Assembly (NCBI RefSeq): GCF_902713615.1
Contig: NC_052152.1
Coordinates: 52,117,810-52,181,809, forward strand
Source of the DNA: Scyliorhinus canicula
Taxonomy: Eukaryota
Direction of reading: 5' to 3'
DNA length: 64,000 bases
Made by a program: the position numbers and the translations under genes
The notes under the pieces: generated by a model
Databases searched by the model: none
Seen by the model: the letters and a program-made list of their open reading frames with translations, nothing else
What the model was told of the DNA's origin: nothing
In this document: piece after piece, positions 1-11,335 of the stretch
Layout of the letters: the number at the start of each line of letters is the position of its first letter
Numbering within the stretch: the stretch's first letter is position 1

Positions 1-820
1 CGCTACTGGTGGAAGCATTTGAGGATGCGATGGCTCAGGGCATGCTCCCAGAAACAATGAGTCAGGCGTAAATTTCACTCCTTTTGAAGAAGGGTAGGAA
101 TTCCATGAAATGTTGGGCATACCAACCAATCTCATTGTTGAACGTGAACGCAAAGATTTTAGCGAAGGTGTTGGCGCTCAGGTTGGAGGGGTGTCTCCTG
201 TGGGTCATTGGGAGGTTCAGACAGGATTCGTGAAGAGTAGGCGATTGTCTTCCAATGTGCAGTACCTGTTGAACGTGGTGTCGTCTCAGGCAGAGGGGAT
301 GAGCTGGAAGTGATTGTGGCGCTGGATGCAGAGGAGGCCTTTGATAGAGTGGAGTGGAGGTATCTGTTTGAGGTGCTAGAGCGATTCGGGATAAGGCCAA
401 AGTTGGCGTCATTGGTTAAGTTGTACCAAAGTCTTGTGTCTGGACAAACAATGTAAGCTCGGGCTCCTGCTGACTGCATAGGGGAACGAGGCAGTGGTTC
501 CCTATGTCCCTTCTCCTATTCGCTTTGGCAATTGAGCCTTTGGCCTTCACCTTGTGGAGCTCGGGGGGGACATAATGGGGATACTGAAACATTTCGGATC
601 ATTTTCCGGGTATAAACTGAATTGGGTTACCCCACCGGCGGAGGGGAAATAATTTGGGGATGTTGCCATTCAAACTGACGAGCTCACATTTCAGATACTT
701 CAGGTGGTAAGGGATTGGGTGCAGCTTCAGAAGCTACATTTTACAAGCTTGGGGAGCAGAGTGAAGGCAGACAAACAGAGATGGGATAGTCTCCCACTGT
801 CATTGGCTGGGAGCGCGCCA
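1..820 (+). mobile_element. L1/Tx1-clade LINE ORF2 (RT) fragment, degenerate
   Basis: Frameshifted RT motifs: [56 protein letters not shown]. Confidence 0.85.
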
Positions 821-834
821 TCAGTGAAGATTTA

Positions 835-1062
835 AAAAAATATATATAAATTTAGAGTACCTAATTCTTTTATTTCCAATTAAGCGGGAATTTAGCCTGG
901 CCAATCCGCCTACCCTGCACATCTTTGGGTTGTGGGGGTGAAACCCACGCAGACACAGGGAGAATGTGCAAACTCCACACGGACAGTGACCCAGGGCCAG
1001 GATTCAAACCCGGGTCCTCAGCGCCGTAAGCAGCAGTATTAACCACTGTGCCACATGCCATC
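835..1062 (-). mobile_element. HE1/V-SINE-like tRNA-derived SINE (family A)
   Basis: Reverse complement of the family A core gtggttagcactg...gtggagtttgcacattctccc...gccatgctaaattgccc, which recurs about 18 times in the window. Confidence 0.85.
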
Positions 1063-1225
1063 CTTTGGTTGTAGTATTCTGACAGAACTGTGTTACAGTT
1101 TCTGCTTTTAAATATCACAGGGGATACATTTTACAGGCCCTGTATTGGCTGACTGTATAGTCATCGGAGCCATAAGTCACCCCCAACCCCCTCACAGGGC
1201 TTGGTCCCCTTCTTTCTCTTAAATA

Positions 1226-1422
1226 TGATGTGGAGATGCCGGCGTTGGACTGGGGTGAGCACAGTAAGAAGTCTTACAACACCAGGTTAAAGTCCAACAG
1301 GTTTGTTTCAAACACGAGCTTTCGGAGCACGGCTCCGGCACGGCACGGAGCCGTGCTCCGAAAGCTCGTGTTTGAAACAAACCTGTTGGACTTTAACCTG
1401 GTGTTGTAAGACTTCTTACTGT
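1226..1422. mobile_element. Penelope-like element fragment forming a perfect 77-bp inverted repeat
   Basis: Arms 1261-1337 and 1346-1422 are exact reverse complements with an 8-nt spacer. Flanked by the direct repeat ttctcttaaata (1214-1225 and 1422-1433). Same family as 2701-2926. Confidence 0.75.
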
Positions 1423-1835
1423 TCTCTTAAATAAGTATGCATTTTCACAGCTCTTGAGGGTACCTTCATGTTGAGTTGCTGGATATAGCATCATGAACCT
1501 GCCCACACCATCCTTAATAGGATGGTAAGTGCAATGGTGTCCAGTTTGGAGACTGTAACCAGGAAAATAAGTTCCCCTTCCTGTCTTTGGGAATGTGATT
1601 TCCATTTGATCCTCACTTGGGGGCTGTATCCTGAAGCTTGTGGGGAAATTCCTCTACATGATGAGGGTTGGTATCCGTGATGTGGCGCACGCAGGCGATT
1701 TCCTCTCCTCAGCTGAGCCTCTAAAGATCAAATACAGGTGGTGAACCGTGGACACAGAAAATAAGTTTTTTTTAAACTAGCATTGCACCTTTCAATACAG
1801 GTACCGGATCCAATACCCGTCGTCCCAAACCTAGG

Positions 1836-2095
1836 TGATGCACGATCAATAACTCCCAAAGCGAGATTGTAGGACAATTGAAGGCTTTATTGAACTAGAT
1901 GTTTCCCCCACTAGCACAGGTACAGAATGCAGCAGCTAGGGAAACACAGACTCTTATACTCCGCCTTACTGGGCGGAACCAGCAGGCAGCTTCACCAATG
2001 ATCTTACAGTATCAGGTACCTCCAACACTAATGATCATACAGCATCAGGTACCTCCAACCTAGGTACTGTAATACCCCTAATACCGACTACCACA
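1836..2095 (-). mobile_element. Solo LTR (Gypsy-type)
   Basis: TG...CA ends (tgatgcacg...ctaccaca), 5-bp TSD ctagg at 1831-1835 and 2096-2100. Termini resemble the LTRs at 5409 and 8694. Confidence 0.8.
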
Positions 2096-2700
2096 CTAGG
2101 TCTTGCCCTGGAAACTACAGGCCATCAGGCATTGCTGTCCTTCGTTCCCCCCCCCCCCCCCCCCCCCACCCCCGCCACCCGTACCTCAGGATGACCCAGC
2201 TTCATGGCTGCTGGAGTATTTTTTAAATGCAGTCACTGTTGTGATGTGGGGGAATAAGCAGCCAACTGCACAACAGGTGACTGCCTTAAACAGGGGAAAC
2301 CTGAATTTCTAGGCCTTTATCCCCATCAGTGCAGTACTTCCTCTGATTCTGAGGTAAGACTGAAACCCTTGAAACCAGGCTAATCTCCAATACCATTCTT
2401 GGGTGCTGACTATAATCTGCTTCCGAAACGGTATTGGGGAAAGAACAAAAACTGCTTCCTCTTTGAAGGCAGAAGTTCCATGTGACAAGGAGAATTCAAA
2501 CAGAAGAGAAAAGTGGTGAAATAACATCGCCGGTCTACAATGTGGGAAAAATATTTGCACATAAATATTGAAATGTAGTTGTCAGAAAATATTATAAATG
2601 TGATTATGTTGTATTATTTTGTTATGTATTGTCCCATCTGTGAGAAGTTCCATTCTTACAACATACTCCTGATAAAGAGCCAGGTTTGTAAAATGATTGC

Positions 2701-2926
2701 AAGAAGTCTTACAGCACCAGATTAAAGTCCAACAGATTTGTTTCAAACACTAGTTCTCGGAGCACTGCTCCTTCCTCAGCTGAATGAGGTGAATGAGGTT
2801 CATTCACCTGAGGAAGGAGCAGTGCTCCGAAAGCTAGTGTTTGAAACAAACCTGTTGGACTTTAACCTGGTTTTGTAAGACTTCTTACTGTGCCTACCCT
2901 AGTCCAACGCCGGCATCTCCACATCA
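2701..2926. mobile_element. Penelope-like element fragment, inverted pseudo-LTR pair
   Basis: Arms ~2701-2780 and ~2807-2890 are near-perfect reverse complements. The tail gtccaacgccggcatctccacatca matches the reverse complement of 1226-1250. Confidence 0.75.
2805..2839 (+). ncRNA. Minimal type I hammerhead ribozyme motif (Penelope-associated)
   Basis: cac-CTGAGGA-a-GGAGC-agt-GCTCC-GAAA-GCT-A-gtg: CUGANGA and GAAA core boxes, 5-bp stem II, palindromic AGCU stem III, cac/gtg stem I, predicted CUA cleavage triplet. One extra A follows the core. Confidence 0.6.
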
Positions 2927-3603
2927 TCAGTAAAACTATATCCATTTTGTTCGTATTATGAAGTTCTTTTGTGACTTCTTTGGAATGCTCAGTTATCTTT
3001 GAATTATACTCTGACTCCTGCTGAATTATGATCCTGTGGACAGTGACTGTCCTCACATGTCTAACCCAAGGTAAGATAGCTCACGTGTCTTGGAAGGTCT
3101 CACAGTCAGTAACAGATATCAACACATTTTCTAACAGCCATTAACAGGCAGCAATTAGAGGAAATCTAGCTGATTTTCTTCTCCTGGGCAGAGGTGTCGA
3201 GAGCAATTACAGTGACTGTCCTATTGTGCATTCGCTTACTTAGCACAAACAAGGATTAATGGTGTGCAACAACAATCCGCCAGGCAGAATTCTTACCCAT
3301 TAGGCCAGCAGGGGAGCTGCTTTTCAGAATGCTTTTAAGCAGTCAAATCCCTGCCTAATCCTTTGGGAGTTTTGTGCAATGTGCCAAAAAGTAGCATTTA
3401 ACTCCTCGGAGGTTGCAGCAAAATAGGTTAGTGCACACAAGTGACCCACAGTCAAAATCTACAATATAGAAAAAGCTAATAACATTCACAGAACCCTGGC
3501 AGCGACTGGACTTTGTTTCTGAATGACTTTCATCATTCAACAATTCCTATCACAATATGACAGCTCAGCAGAAAAGTCAGACAATTCTGTTATTCCAACA
3601 GAT

Positions 3604-3794
3604 TGAAATGAAATGAAATGAAATGAAAATCGCTTATTGTCACGAGTAGGCTTCAATGAAGTTACTGTGAAAAGCCCCTAGTCGCCACATTCCGGCACCT
3701 GTCCAGGGAGGCTGGTACGGGAATTGAACCGTGCTGCTGGCCTGCTTGGTCTGCTTTAAAAGCCAGCGATTAGCCCAGTGAGCTAAACCAGCCC
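3604..3794 (-). mobile_element. Short SINE (family B) with (GAAAT)n tail
   Basis: Reverse complement of gggctggtttagc...ggaatgtggcgactaggggcttttcacagtaacttcattgaagcctac; also seen at 5275, 42940 and 47366. Confidence 0.8.
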
Positions 3795-3842
3795 ATAATA
3801 TTGGCACATATTATGACATTTCCAAAAACCCTGGAGCCACTT

Positions 3843-4150
3843 TTAGAATTTATAGAATCCCTACAGTGTAGACGGAGGCCATTTGGCCCATCGCGGCTGC
3901 ACCAATCCACTCCGCCCTAAACCCGTAATCCCATAACCTAACCTGCACATCCCCTGACACTATGGCGTCATTTTGGATGGCCAATCTGCACATCTTTGGA
4001 CTGTGGGAGGAAACCGGAGCACCTGGAGGAAATCCACACCGACACGGGGAGAACGTGCAAACTCCACGCAGACATTGACCCAAGGCCGGATTTGATCCCG
4101 GGTCCCTGGGACTGCGAGGCAGCAGTGCTAACCACTGTGCCATCCTGTTG
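3843..4150 (-). mobile_element. HE1/V-SINE-like SINE (family A, long tail)
   Basis: Family A core plus atagaat-type tail. Confidence 0.85.
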
Positions 4151-4201
4151 GGAATCTTAACTGGTGGAATTTTAACTAGAGTTGGTTAAAGAGGAGGTAG
4201 T

Positions 4202-4418
4202 GGGGCAGCACAGTGGCGCAGTGTGTTAGACCTGCTGCCTCACGGCGCCGAGGCCCCAGGTTTAATCCCAGCTCTGGGTCATGTCTATGCACATTCTCCT
4301 CGTGTTTGCGTGGGTTACGCCCCCACAACTCAAAGATGTGCAAGGTAGGTGGATTGAACACGCTAAACTGCCCCTTAATTAGAAATAAATGAATTGGGTA
4401 CACTAAATTTATTTTAAA
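4202..4418 (+). mobile_element. HE1/V-SINE-like SINE (family A)
   Basis: Family A core with a perfect 14-bp TSD aaagaggaggtagt (4188-4201 and 4419-4432). Confidence 0.9.
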
Positions 4419-4680
4419 AAAGAGGAGGTAGTGAATTAAGCGCAGGGAACTTATCGCTGTTGCTATGACAGTGGAAGAGGCATTTGCCTAAATCAAGCTA
4501 CTCATTGCTACAGCGTTAATAGGGCTCCACTGGTGTCTTCTGCAACACACCCATCCATGAAAGTTGAAGAGGCAAAGAAGGGTGGGATTTTCCAGACCGC
4601 CCATGGTGGGTTTTCCCACAGGAGAGTTGCCGCGCCACTGACCGGTGGCGAGATCCTCCAGTCCTGCTGATGTCTACAGC

Positions 4681-4905
4681 ATTTAAAAAAATAAATTTAG
4701 AGCTCCCAATTATTTTTTCTTCTAATTAAGTGCAATTTAGCATGGTCAATCCACCTAACCTAAGCATTTTTGTGTTGTGGGGGTGAAACCCATGCAGACA
4801 CAGGGAGAATGTGCAAACTCCAGACAGACAGTGACCCAGGGCCGAGATCGAACCTGGGTCCTCAGCAACCTAGGCAGTGCTAACCACTTGGCCACCCTGC
4901 TGCCC
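4681..4905 (-). mobile_element. HE1/V-SINE-like SINE (family A)
   Basis: Family A core in reverse orientation. Confidence 0.85.
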
Positions 4906-5274
4906 ATCGACAGCGTTTTGTGTGGCTCCCCTGTTCTGCCGCTGGGGGATCCATGTGGGTGGTAGCCTTCAGAGGGACTTGCTTTAAGCATTCTCATCCT
5001 TGCTTTTAGAATCCTTTTACCTTTCCTATCTCTAGCTTAACAGCCACACAATCATCTGAAATGTCTAACCTTGTGTCCTGAACATTCCCAATTTTAATCA
5101 CTCTGTCTTCAATGGCTGTGTCTTGAGCTGCCCAGGCCCTAAACTCCTGAATTTGAGCTGGAAATTTCACACCTGAAATTCCAAATATGCTTCAATATAC
5201 ATAAGTCTGAGCTGGTACATTTCTGCCAGAAGAATAAGAAGGCCAAATGTGTTTCACACAATAAGCTGGTTCAT

Positions 5275-8200
5275 AGGGGCTGGTTTAGCACACTGGGTTA
5301 AATCACTGACTTTTAAAGCAGACTAAGGCAGGCCAGCAGCACGGTTCAATTCCCGTACCAGCCTCCCTGAACAGGCGCCGGAATGTGGCGACTAGGGGCT
5401 TTTCACAGTGATACGACCATCAATTCATTCAGAGACATGAGTTGAAGTAAACTGTGGCTTTAATCGGCTTACAACTGAGCCTACCTTCGACTATACTGAA
5501 CTGAGGGCGGACTCGCAGGACTGTAGCACTTATACTTCCTGCTGGGGGCGGAGCCAAGGCGGAGCCCTGTACATGCTCCTCATCTCCCCCTGTGGGCAGA
5601 GCCGCACAACGGCTCACAGATGGAGCCCACAGGGACACAGTAATGTACAGTGTGAATTTATAGTGGTTACACATTCACCACATTCACCCCTTGTTAAAAA
5701 AATCAAGTCTGGCGGGGGTGACGGGTCTATAAGTTCAGTTGGTCCGGTGCTCGAATCGTGCGTTGAGACCGACGGAGCACCGGAGTTGCAGCCGCTTTGG
5801 ATGGCTGTGGAAGGATGTTCAGTGCGAATCCGAGGGTGGACTCTGGGGCTGGTTCTTCCAGAGCTTCGTTTCTGTGGACCGGTGGGACGGGTGGAAGGGG
5901 CGCGGGAAGCAAGTAGGTGCAGGGGCGCAGGGCATAGGAGGTTGGGTGGGGTGTAGTGTGGGGCGTACCTCAGCGGTAGTGGTAGTGGTAGAGCCTGCGG
6001 GTGCCAGGTCCCGGAGGGAAACAGTGTCCTGTCGGCCATCGGGGTGTTCGACAAATGCGTAGTGGGGGGTTTGAATGCAGGAGTAGGACCCTCTCTACCA
6101 GCGGGACTGTTTTATGTGTCCGGACCTGCTTCCGAAGGAGGACAGGGCCCGGCATCCTCAACCAGGATGGAAGCGAGGCCCCCGTGGTAGTGCCCCTAGG
6201 GAAGGCAAACAATCGATCGTGAGGAGTCTGGTTTGTGGTCGTACAAAGGAGGGACCTAATTGCATGGAGCGCATCGGGGAGGATCTCCTGCCAGTGGGAG
6301 GTTGGGAGATTCCTGGACCGTGGGGTCAGTAGGACGGTCTTCCAGACCGTCGCATTCTCCCTCTCCACCTGCCCGTTCCCCCTGGGGTTATAGCTGGTAG
6401 TCCTGCTCGTGGCGATGCCCTTGCCGAGCAGGTACTGACGCAGCTCGTCGCTCATGAAGGACAAACCCCTGTCACTGTGGATGTAGCTGGGGAAACCGAA
6501 CAGGGTGAGACACTGTGCAAGGCTCTGAAGACTGTATGGGAGGTCATATCAGGGCATGGGATGGGAAAGGGGAGAATTCATCTATAATATTGAGAAAGTA
6601 GGTGTTACGGTTGGTCGAAGGGAGGGGCCCTTTGCAATCAATACTCAGTCGTTCAAAGGGCCGGGATGCCTTTACCAGGTGGGCCTTGGCTGGTCTATAG
6701 AAGTGCGGTTTACACTCCGTGCAGATCGGGCAATTCCTGGTGACAGCTTTAACCTCCCCGGTGGAGAAAGGCATATTGCGGGCCTTGATGTAGTGGGTGA
6801 GCTGGGTGACCTCCGGGTGGCAGAGGTCATTGTGGATAGCCTGTAGTTGGTCGTCTTGCACGCTAGCGCATGTGCCGTGGGACAGGGCATCTGGGGGGTC
6901 GTTGAGCTTCCCAGGACGGTATACGATATTATAATAATGGGTGGAGAGTTCAATCCTCCACCGCAAGATTTTGTCATTCTTGATATTGCCCCGCTGTGAG
7001 TTATCAAACATGAAGGCAACCGATCTCTGGTCGGTGATGAGGGTAAACCTCCTACCAGCGAGGTAGTGCCTCCAGTGCTGGACGGCTTCCACAATGGCTT
7101 GGGCTTCCTTTTCGACTGAGGAGTGTTGAAGTTCTGAAGCGGAGAGTTCAGGAAAAGAACGCTACTGGTCTCCCTGCCTGGTTCAGGGTGGCAGCGAGAG
7201 GGACCTCTGAGGCGTTGCTCTCCACCTGGAATGGGACGGATTCATCTACCACCCGCATGGCCTGGGAGTACATACAGTTGGAAGTTGGTGTAGTTGGCGC
7301 CCTGTATTGTCAACGTCGCAATAGTTCATCCTTGTATCTGAACGGAGTGCGACCCCGAGGTGAGGGAGATTGTTTGCAGTGTCAGAAATATCGGGAGCGA
7401 GCAGCGCCTTACCAGATCTGGGTGAACAAAGCTCTCGGTGCTCCCGGAGGGATGGTGTCTCGTATCCGTTGATCTGGATGGACATCATGGAGCTCTTGAG
7501 GTGCTTTGGCCGTCACTGGTCCAAAGTGACTGCACTGAGCTGCGGGTAGTCGATGGCATGGCCGGCGGTGCTGGAGCGGCCCCGTGATGACTGTCCGCGG
7601 AGGTCGTAATTGTCGAGTGGCGTAGCGGGTGATGGCCAAGATGGCGGCCCCCGTTGATCGCACTTGGTGGGCGGCGAGGAAGATGGCGTCCAAGATGGCC
7701 GCCCCCATGTATCGCCATGGCATGCAGTGAAGAAGATGGCGCCAAGATGGTGGCCTCCATTAATCACACATGGCTGGCCGAGTGGGGGAGGATTGCCAAG
7801 ATGGCGGCCTCCATGAGTCGCACATGTTGTGCGGAGGCGGAGTCGGCAGACACGCTGCCACATTGCGGGGTCTGCGGGCCTGTGAGTTGGAGGAGCGAGT
7901 GTTCGTGTTAAGGTTCGAGTTAGAGTTTTTAGCTTTGGCCAGGCAGACCTTAGCAAAGTGCCTTTTCCGCCTGCAGCTGCTGCAGGTCGCGTTGCGGGCC
8001 GGGCAGTGCTGCCGGGAGTGTTGGGGCTGGCCACAAAAGTGGCACGATAGCCCTCCGTGTTGGGCGGGTGGCCACGCGGCGCAGGTCTGGGGCAGTCTCT
8101 GGTCGGGGGTCCACGATGGGGTCGCGTGATCGGCCGGGAACGCAATTAAACTTTGGAAAGCGACCTCTAACGACATTGCTAGTTTTACCGTGTCCTCCAG

Positions 8201-8990
8201 GTCCTGGGCCCCTTTCTCAAGAAGACGCTGCCGCACATAATTGGATCGGACCCCTGCAACATACACATCTCGGACTGCAAGTTCCATGTGCTGGGAGGCT
8301 GTTCAGGCCTGGAAGTTCCACTCTCGTGCTAGAGCTTTAAGATCGCACAGATAGTCTTCTAGCGATTCTGCAGGGCGCGGCGGCGGGTTGTAAAGATGTG
8401 CCGCGCGTAGACTTCATTCACAGGCCGCATGTACAGGTGATCGAGTATCGCGAGGGCCTCAGTACAAGAGTCAGTTACATCAAGTTGAACTGAAATACGA
8501 TGACTCACCCGTGCGTGGAGAAGACTGAGTTTCTGTTCTTCAGTAACAGAGGAGTTAGTCGACGCAGCCAGGTAGGCCTTGAAGCACCGAAGCCAATGCA
8601 AAAATATTTATTTTGCTTCTGCGGCCTGTGGATCGAGTTCCAGTTGGTCAGGTTTGAGGGCTGATTTCATAGTAGTTTTTAAGTCGATTAAATTGATGCG
8701 ACCATCAATTCATTCAGAGGCACGAGTTGAAGTAAACTGTGACTTTAATCGGCTTACAACTGAGCCTGCCTGCGACTATACTGAACTGAGGGCGGACTCA
8801 CAGGACCGCAGCACTTATACTTCCTGCTGGGGGCAGAGCCCTGTACATGCTCCTCATCTCCCCCTGTGGGCAGAGCCACTCACAGATGGAGCCCACAGGG
8901 ACACAGTAATGTACAGTGTGAATTCACCACACACAGTAACTGCATTGAAGCCTACTTGTGACAATAAGCGATTTTCATTTCATTTCATAA
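5275..8990 (+). mobile_element. Family B SINE split by the Gypsy insertion (5275-5408 and 8937-8990)
   Basis: The two halves rejoin as ...ggggcttttcacag|taactgcattgaagcctac..., matching the intact copy at 3604-3794. Confidence 0.8.
5409..8931 (-). mobile_element. Gypsy LTR retrotransposon, internally deleted (gag, PR, RNase H, IN; RT core absent)
   Basis: LTRs at 5409-5682 and 8694-8931 (TG...CA), 5-bp TSD cacag, PPT aaggggtgaa. Gag zinc knuckles CHFCGQPQHSRQHC and CSSCRRKRHFAKVC; RNase H EKEAQAIVEAVQHWRHYLAGRRFTLITD; integrase CHPEVTQLTH...CPICTEC and TTSYNPRGNGQVER. Many stops and frameshifts. Confidence 0.92.
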
Positions 8991-9159
8991 GCAGTTAAAT
9001 GGGGTAGAGTAACTGAGAGATCATGGAGAACAAGTACACAAAGCAATAAAAATATAAGTTAATAATGCCGTACAAAAATCAGGTGAAGACCTAGGTTTCA
9101 TTCTGGAGGAATAAAATCGAAAAATGGAGAAGGTGTATTGAATTTCTATGGAATCTTGG

Positions 9160-9690
9160 TTAGACCACACAGAGTAAATGAAACAAGCCAACTTGGTAGG
9201 CTTTAATATCCATGAACGCGCCTGTCAGAGTCGGCTGTACAAATGAGTGCCACTCACAGGTGGCCGGACTATTTGGCCCTGGTGAGGGCGGAGCCAGAGG
9301 CGGATCCCACTGGTTTTCCAGTAAAGTACCTGGAAGTATCCCGTATTCTCACTTCCAGGTCATGGGTCACATCATTATGCAGATAGTACAGACAGCTCAT
9401 GCATTAGGTGAAGTACATTCACCACAGTGGGGGTACGACTTTAGGGGCTTTGTTGACGGCGCCTCTGCCATTCTCGCTGGCCAAGTACTCCATGAGCCCT
9501 GTGATGGTGGCCCTGTGGATGTGGGGACCGTGGCGGCAGCATCTGTGATTGGAGGGTGCTTCGATGTGGGCACCAATTTGTGACAATCACAGATTTGCAC
9601 AGGGGGTGTGTATGGGGAGGAGAGAGTTGGATGTGAGGTATCGGAGGTGGCAACAGTTAGGGATCTAGCAGTTTGGGGACCTGGTACTGG
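9160..9690 (-). mobile_element. Gypsy-type 3' fragment with LTR (~9160-9426)
   Basis: LTR-like segment ending ttcaccaca at 9426, like the other LTRs here, with adjacent internal sequence. A reverse-complement copy of part of this LTR lies at 16708-16809. Left boundary is approximate. Confidence 0.55.
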
Positions 9691-10350
9691 GTGGCAGCTT
9701 TGTGAGTTTAGAAGACTTGGAGGAGGAAAATGTGCTGCCCAGTGGGAACCTTTTCAGATACTTGCCGGTCCGGAACTTTGTGAGGAAGCAGGTGCCGTCC
9801 TTTCCCAATTTGCCGCCCTTGGGTCTACAGCATGAGGTGTTATCGAGGGAAGGAGTGGGTGAGTGCAAGGTTTCTGAGATCTACAAAGACCTAATGGACT
9901 TGGAGGGAGCCCTGACAAGGGACGTCAAGCAGAAATGGGAAGAGGAACTGGGAGGGAAATGGAGGCAGGTTTATTGGAAGGAGGCTCTGAGGTGAGAATG
10001 GCCGATGTTCTGGCCTTTGCCTCCCTGGTAGCCTGGAGACAGATTTTGCTGAGCCACCGAAACCGGTTAGAGAAAATCAAGTTTGTCTTAAGAGGGTCTG
10101 TTGTTGGGTTTGCCTGGAGAGGAAGCCATTCATTGACTTCTTCACGAAGAATTGAGGCGTCAACAGGGTGAGGAGGGAAGGGGGAATAAAGGGACTAAAA
10201 TGGGGAAGGCAGGAAAGGAGGAGGGGAATGGCAAGGGGTTGAAGTGTTGGTTAGTTATTTATTTATTATGAGGTTCCTGTTTGTTCTTGCTCTTGTGTTG
10301 GTTTGCATTTGCTGTTCATATAAATGCCTTAATAAAAATATATTTAAGAA
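9690..10350 (+). mobile_element. L1/Tx1-clade LINE 3' fragment
   Basis: ORF2 C-terminal motifs LFRYLPVRNFVRK, SEIYKDL...KWEEELG and LAFASLVAWRQILL, followed by a purine-rich 3' UTR and aataaa. Confidence 0.8.
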
Positions 10351-10379
10351 TAAGAACAATTGTACTTGGAAAACCCCTT

Positions 10380-10680
10380 AATGCGTGTTGATGGTCGCGC
10401 TGTGGTTCAAATCTTCCTTGAGAAAGAATTCTTAATGCTTGGCTCATGTTCAATTTTGACAAGGTCTTGCCTCCCTCAAGAGTTGAAAACAAATCTTCAC
10501 CCGAGGTAATAGATAAGCATCTAACTTGAAAATCTGGTTAATGATTCCAAGCTATTCTAGCCGTTCCAACTCCTCCTCCACTTTCCTTCTCATGGCGTAG
10601 GGGCATTGTCCTTTGTTTGAAAAAGTGAGAAGTAGCCTCAGGATCTATGTACAATTTCACTGCTCATGGAATGCAACCTC
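10380..10680 (-). mobile_element. Degenerate Gypsy pol (RT N-terminus) fragment
   Basis: Minus strand reads IDPEATSHFFKQRTMP.YAMRRKVEEELERLE*LGII and LDAYLLPRV..LFSTLEGGKTLSKL across frames. Confidence 0.65.
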
Positions 10681-10723
10681 ATATTGCCACACTGAACATC
10701 GATAAACTTTGTTTTCTTTCCAA

Positions 10724-10940
10724 GCGGTGTAGTGATCAGCACTTCTGCCTACGGTGCTGAGAACCCAGGTTCGATCCTGGCCCAGGCTCGATCACTGTCC
10801 ATGTGGAGTTTGCACATTCTCCCCGAGTCTGCGTGGGTCTCACCCCCATAACCCAAAGACGTGCAGGGTACTTGGATTGGCCAGACTAAATTGTCCCTTA
10901 ATTTAAAAAAAATAATTGTGTACTCTAAATTTTTTTTTTA
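10724..10940 (+). mobile_element. HE1/V-SINE-like SINE (family A)
   Basis: Family A core. Confidence 0.8.
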
Positions 10941-11335
10941 ACTTTGCTTTCTTTCCTTGCCATTTTCTCGTCACCAAAAATGCGGTTACTTGAGATCACA
11001 AATATGATAATGTATTGTTCAAAAGAAGGAATAATTAAATAAGTTTCACAATAACAGTATAATTATGAAAACAGGCACTCTCGTAAAACAGGTCTTGCTT
11101 ACAGGTCACTCCTGAAAGACTGCAAAAACCTACCTAAGGCTCACACATGCTCAGATGCCAGTAAAACATTCACTCGCTTTTGGAAATAGTTTTATTGGAC
11201 ATTTTTAATTTATATACAAATACAAAAACATAACACAAAAACAAGGACAGCCTCCCAAACCCCCTACCCCCAACCCACCCCTAACAGTTGACAGCTATTT
11301 AAAATACATTAACGAACAGTTGCCATCATATACAG

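Noticed and set aside
2993-3070. Plus-strand donor CCCAAG|gtaaga with candidate acceptors at 2992 and 3043
   Set aside because: The 78-nt version has stops in all three frames and the 27-nt version has a weak acceptor. The similar candidate 1451-1524 is also closed in all frames.
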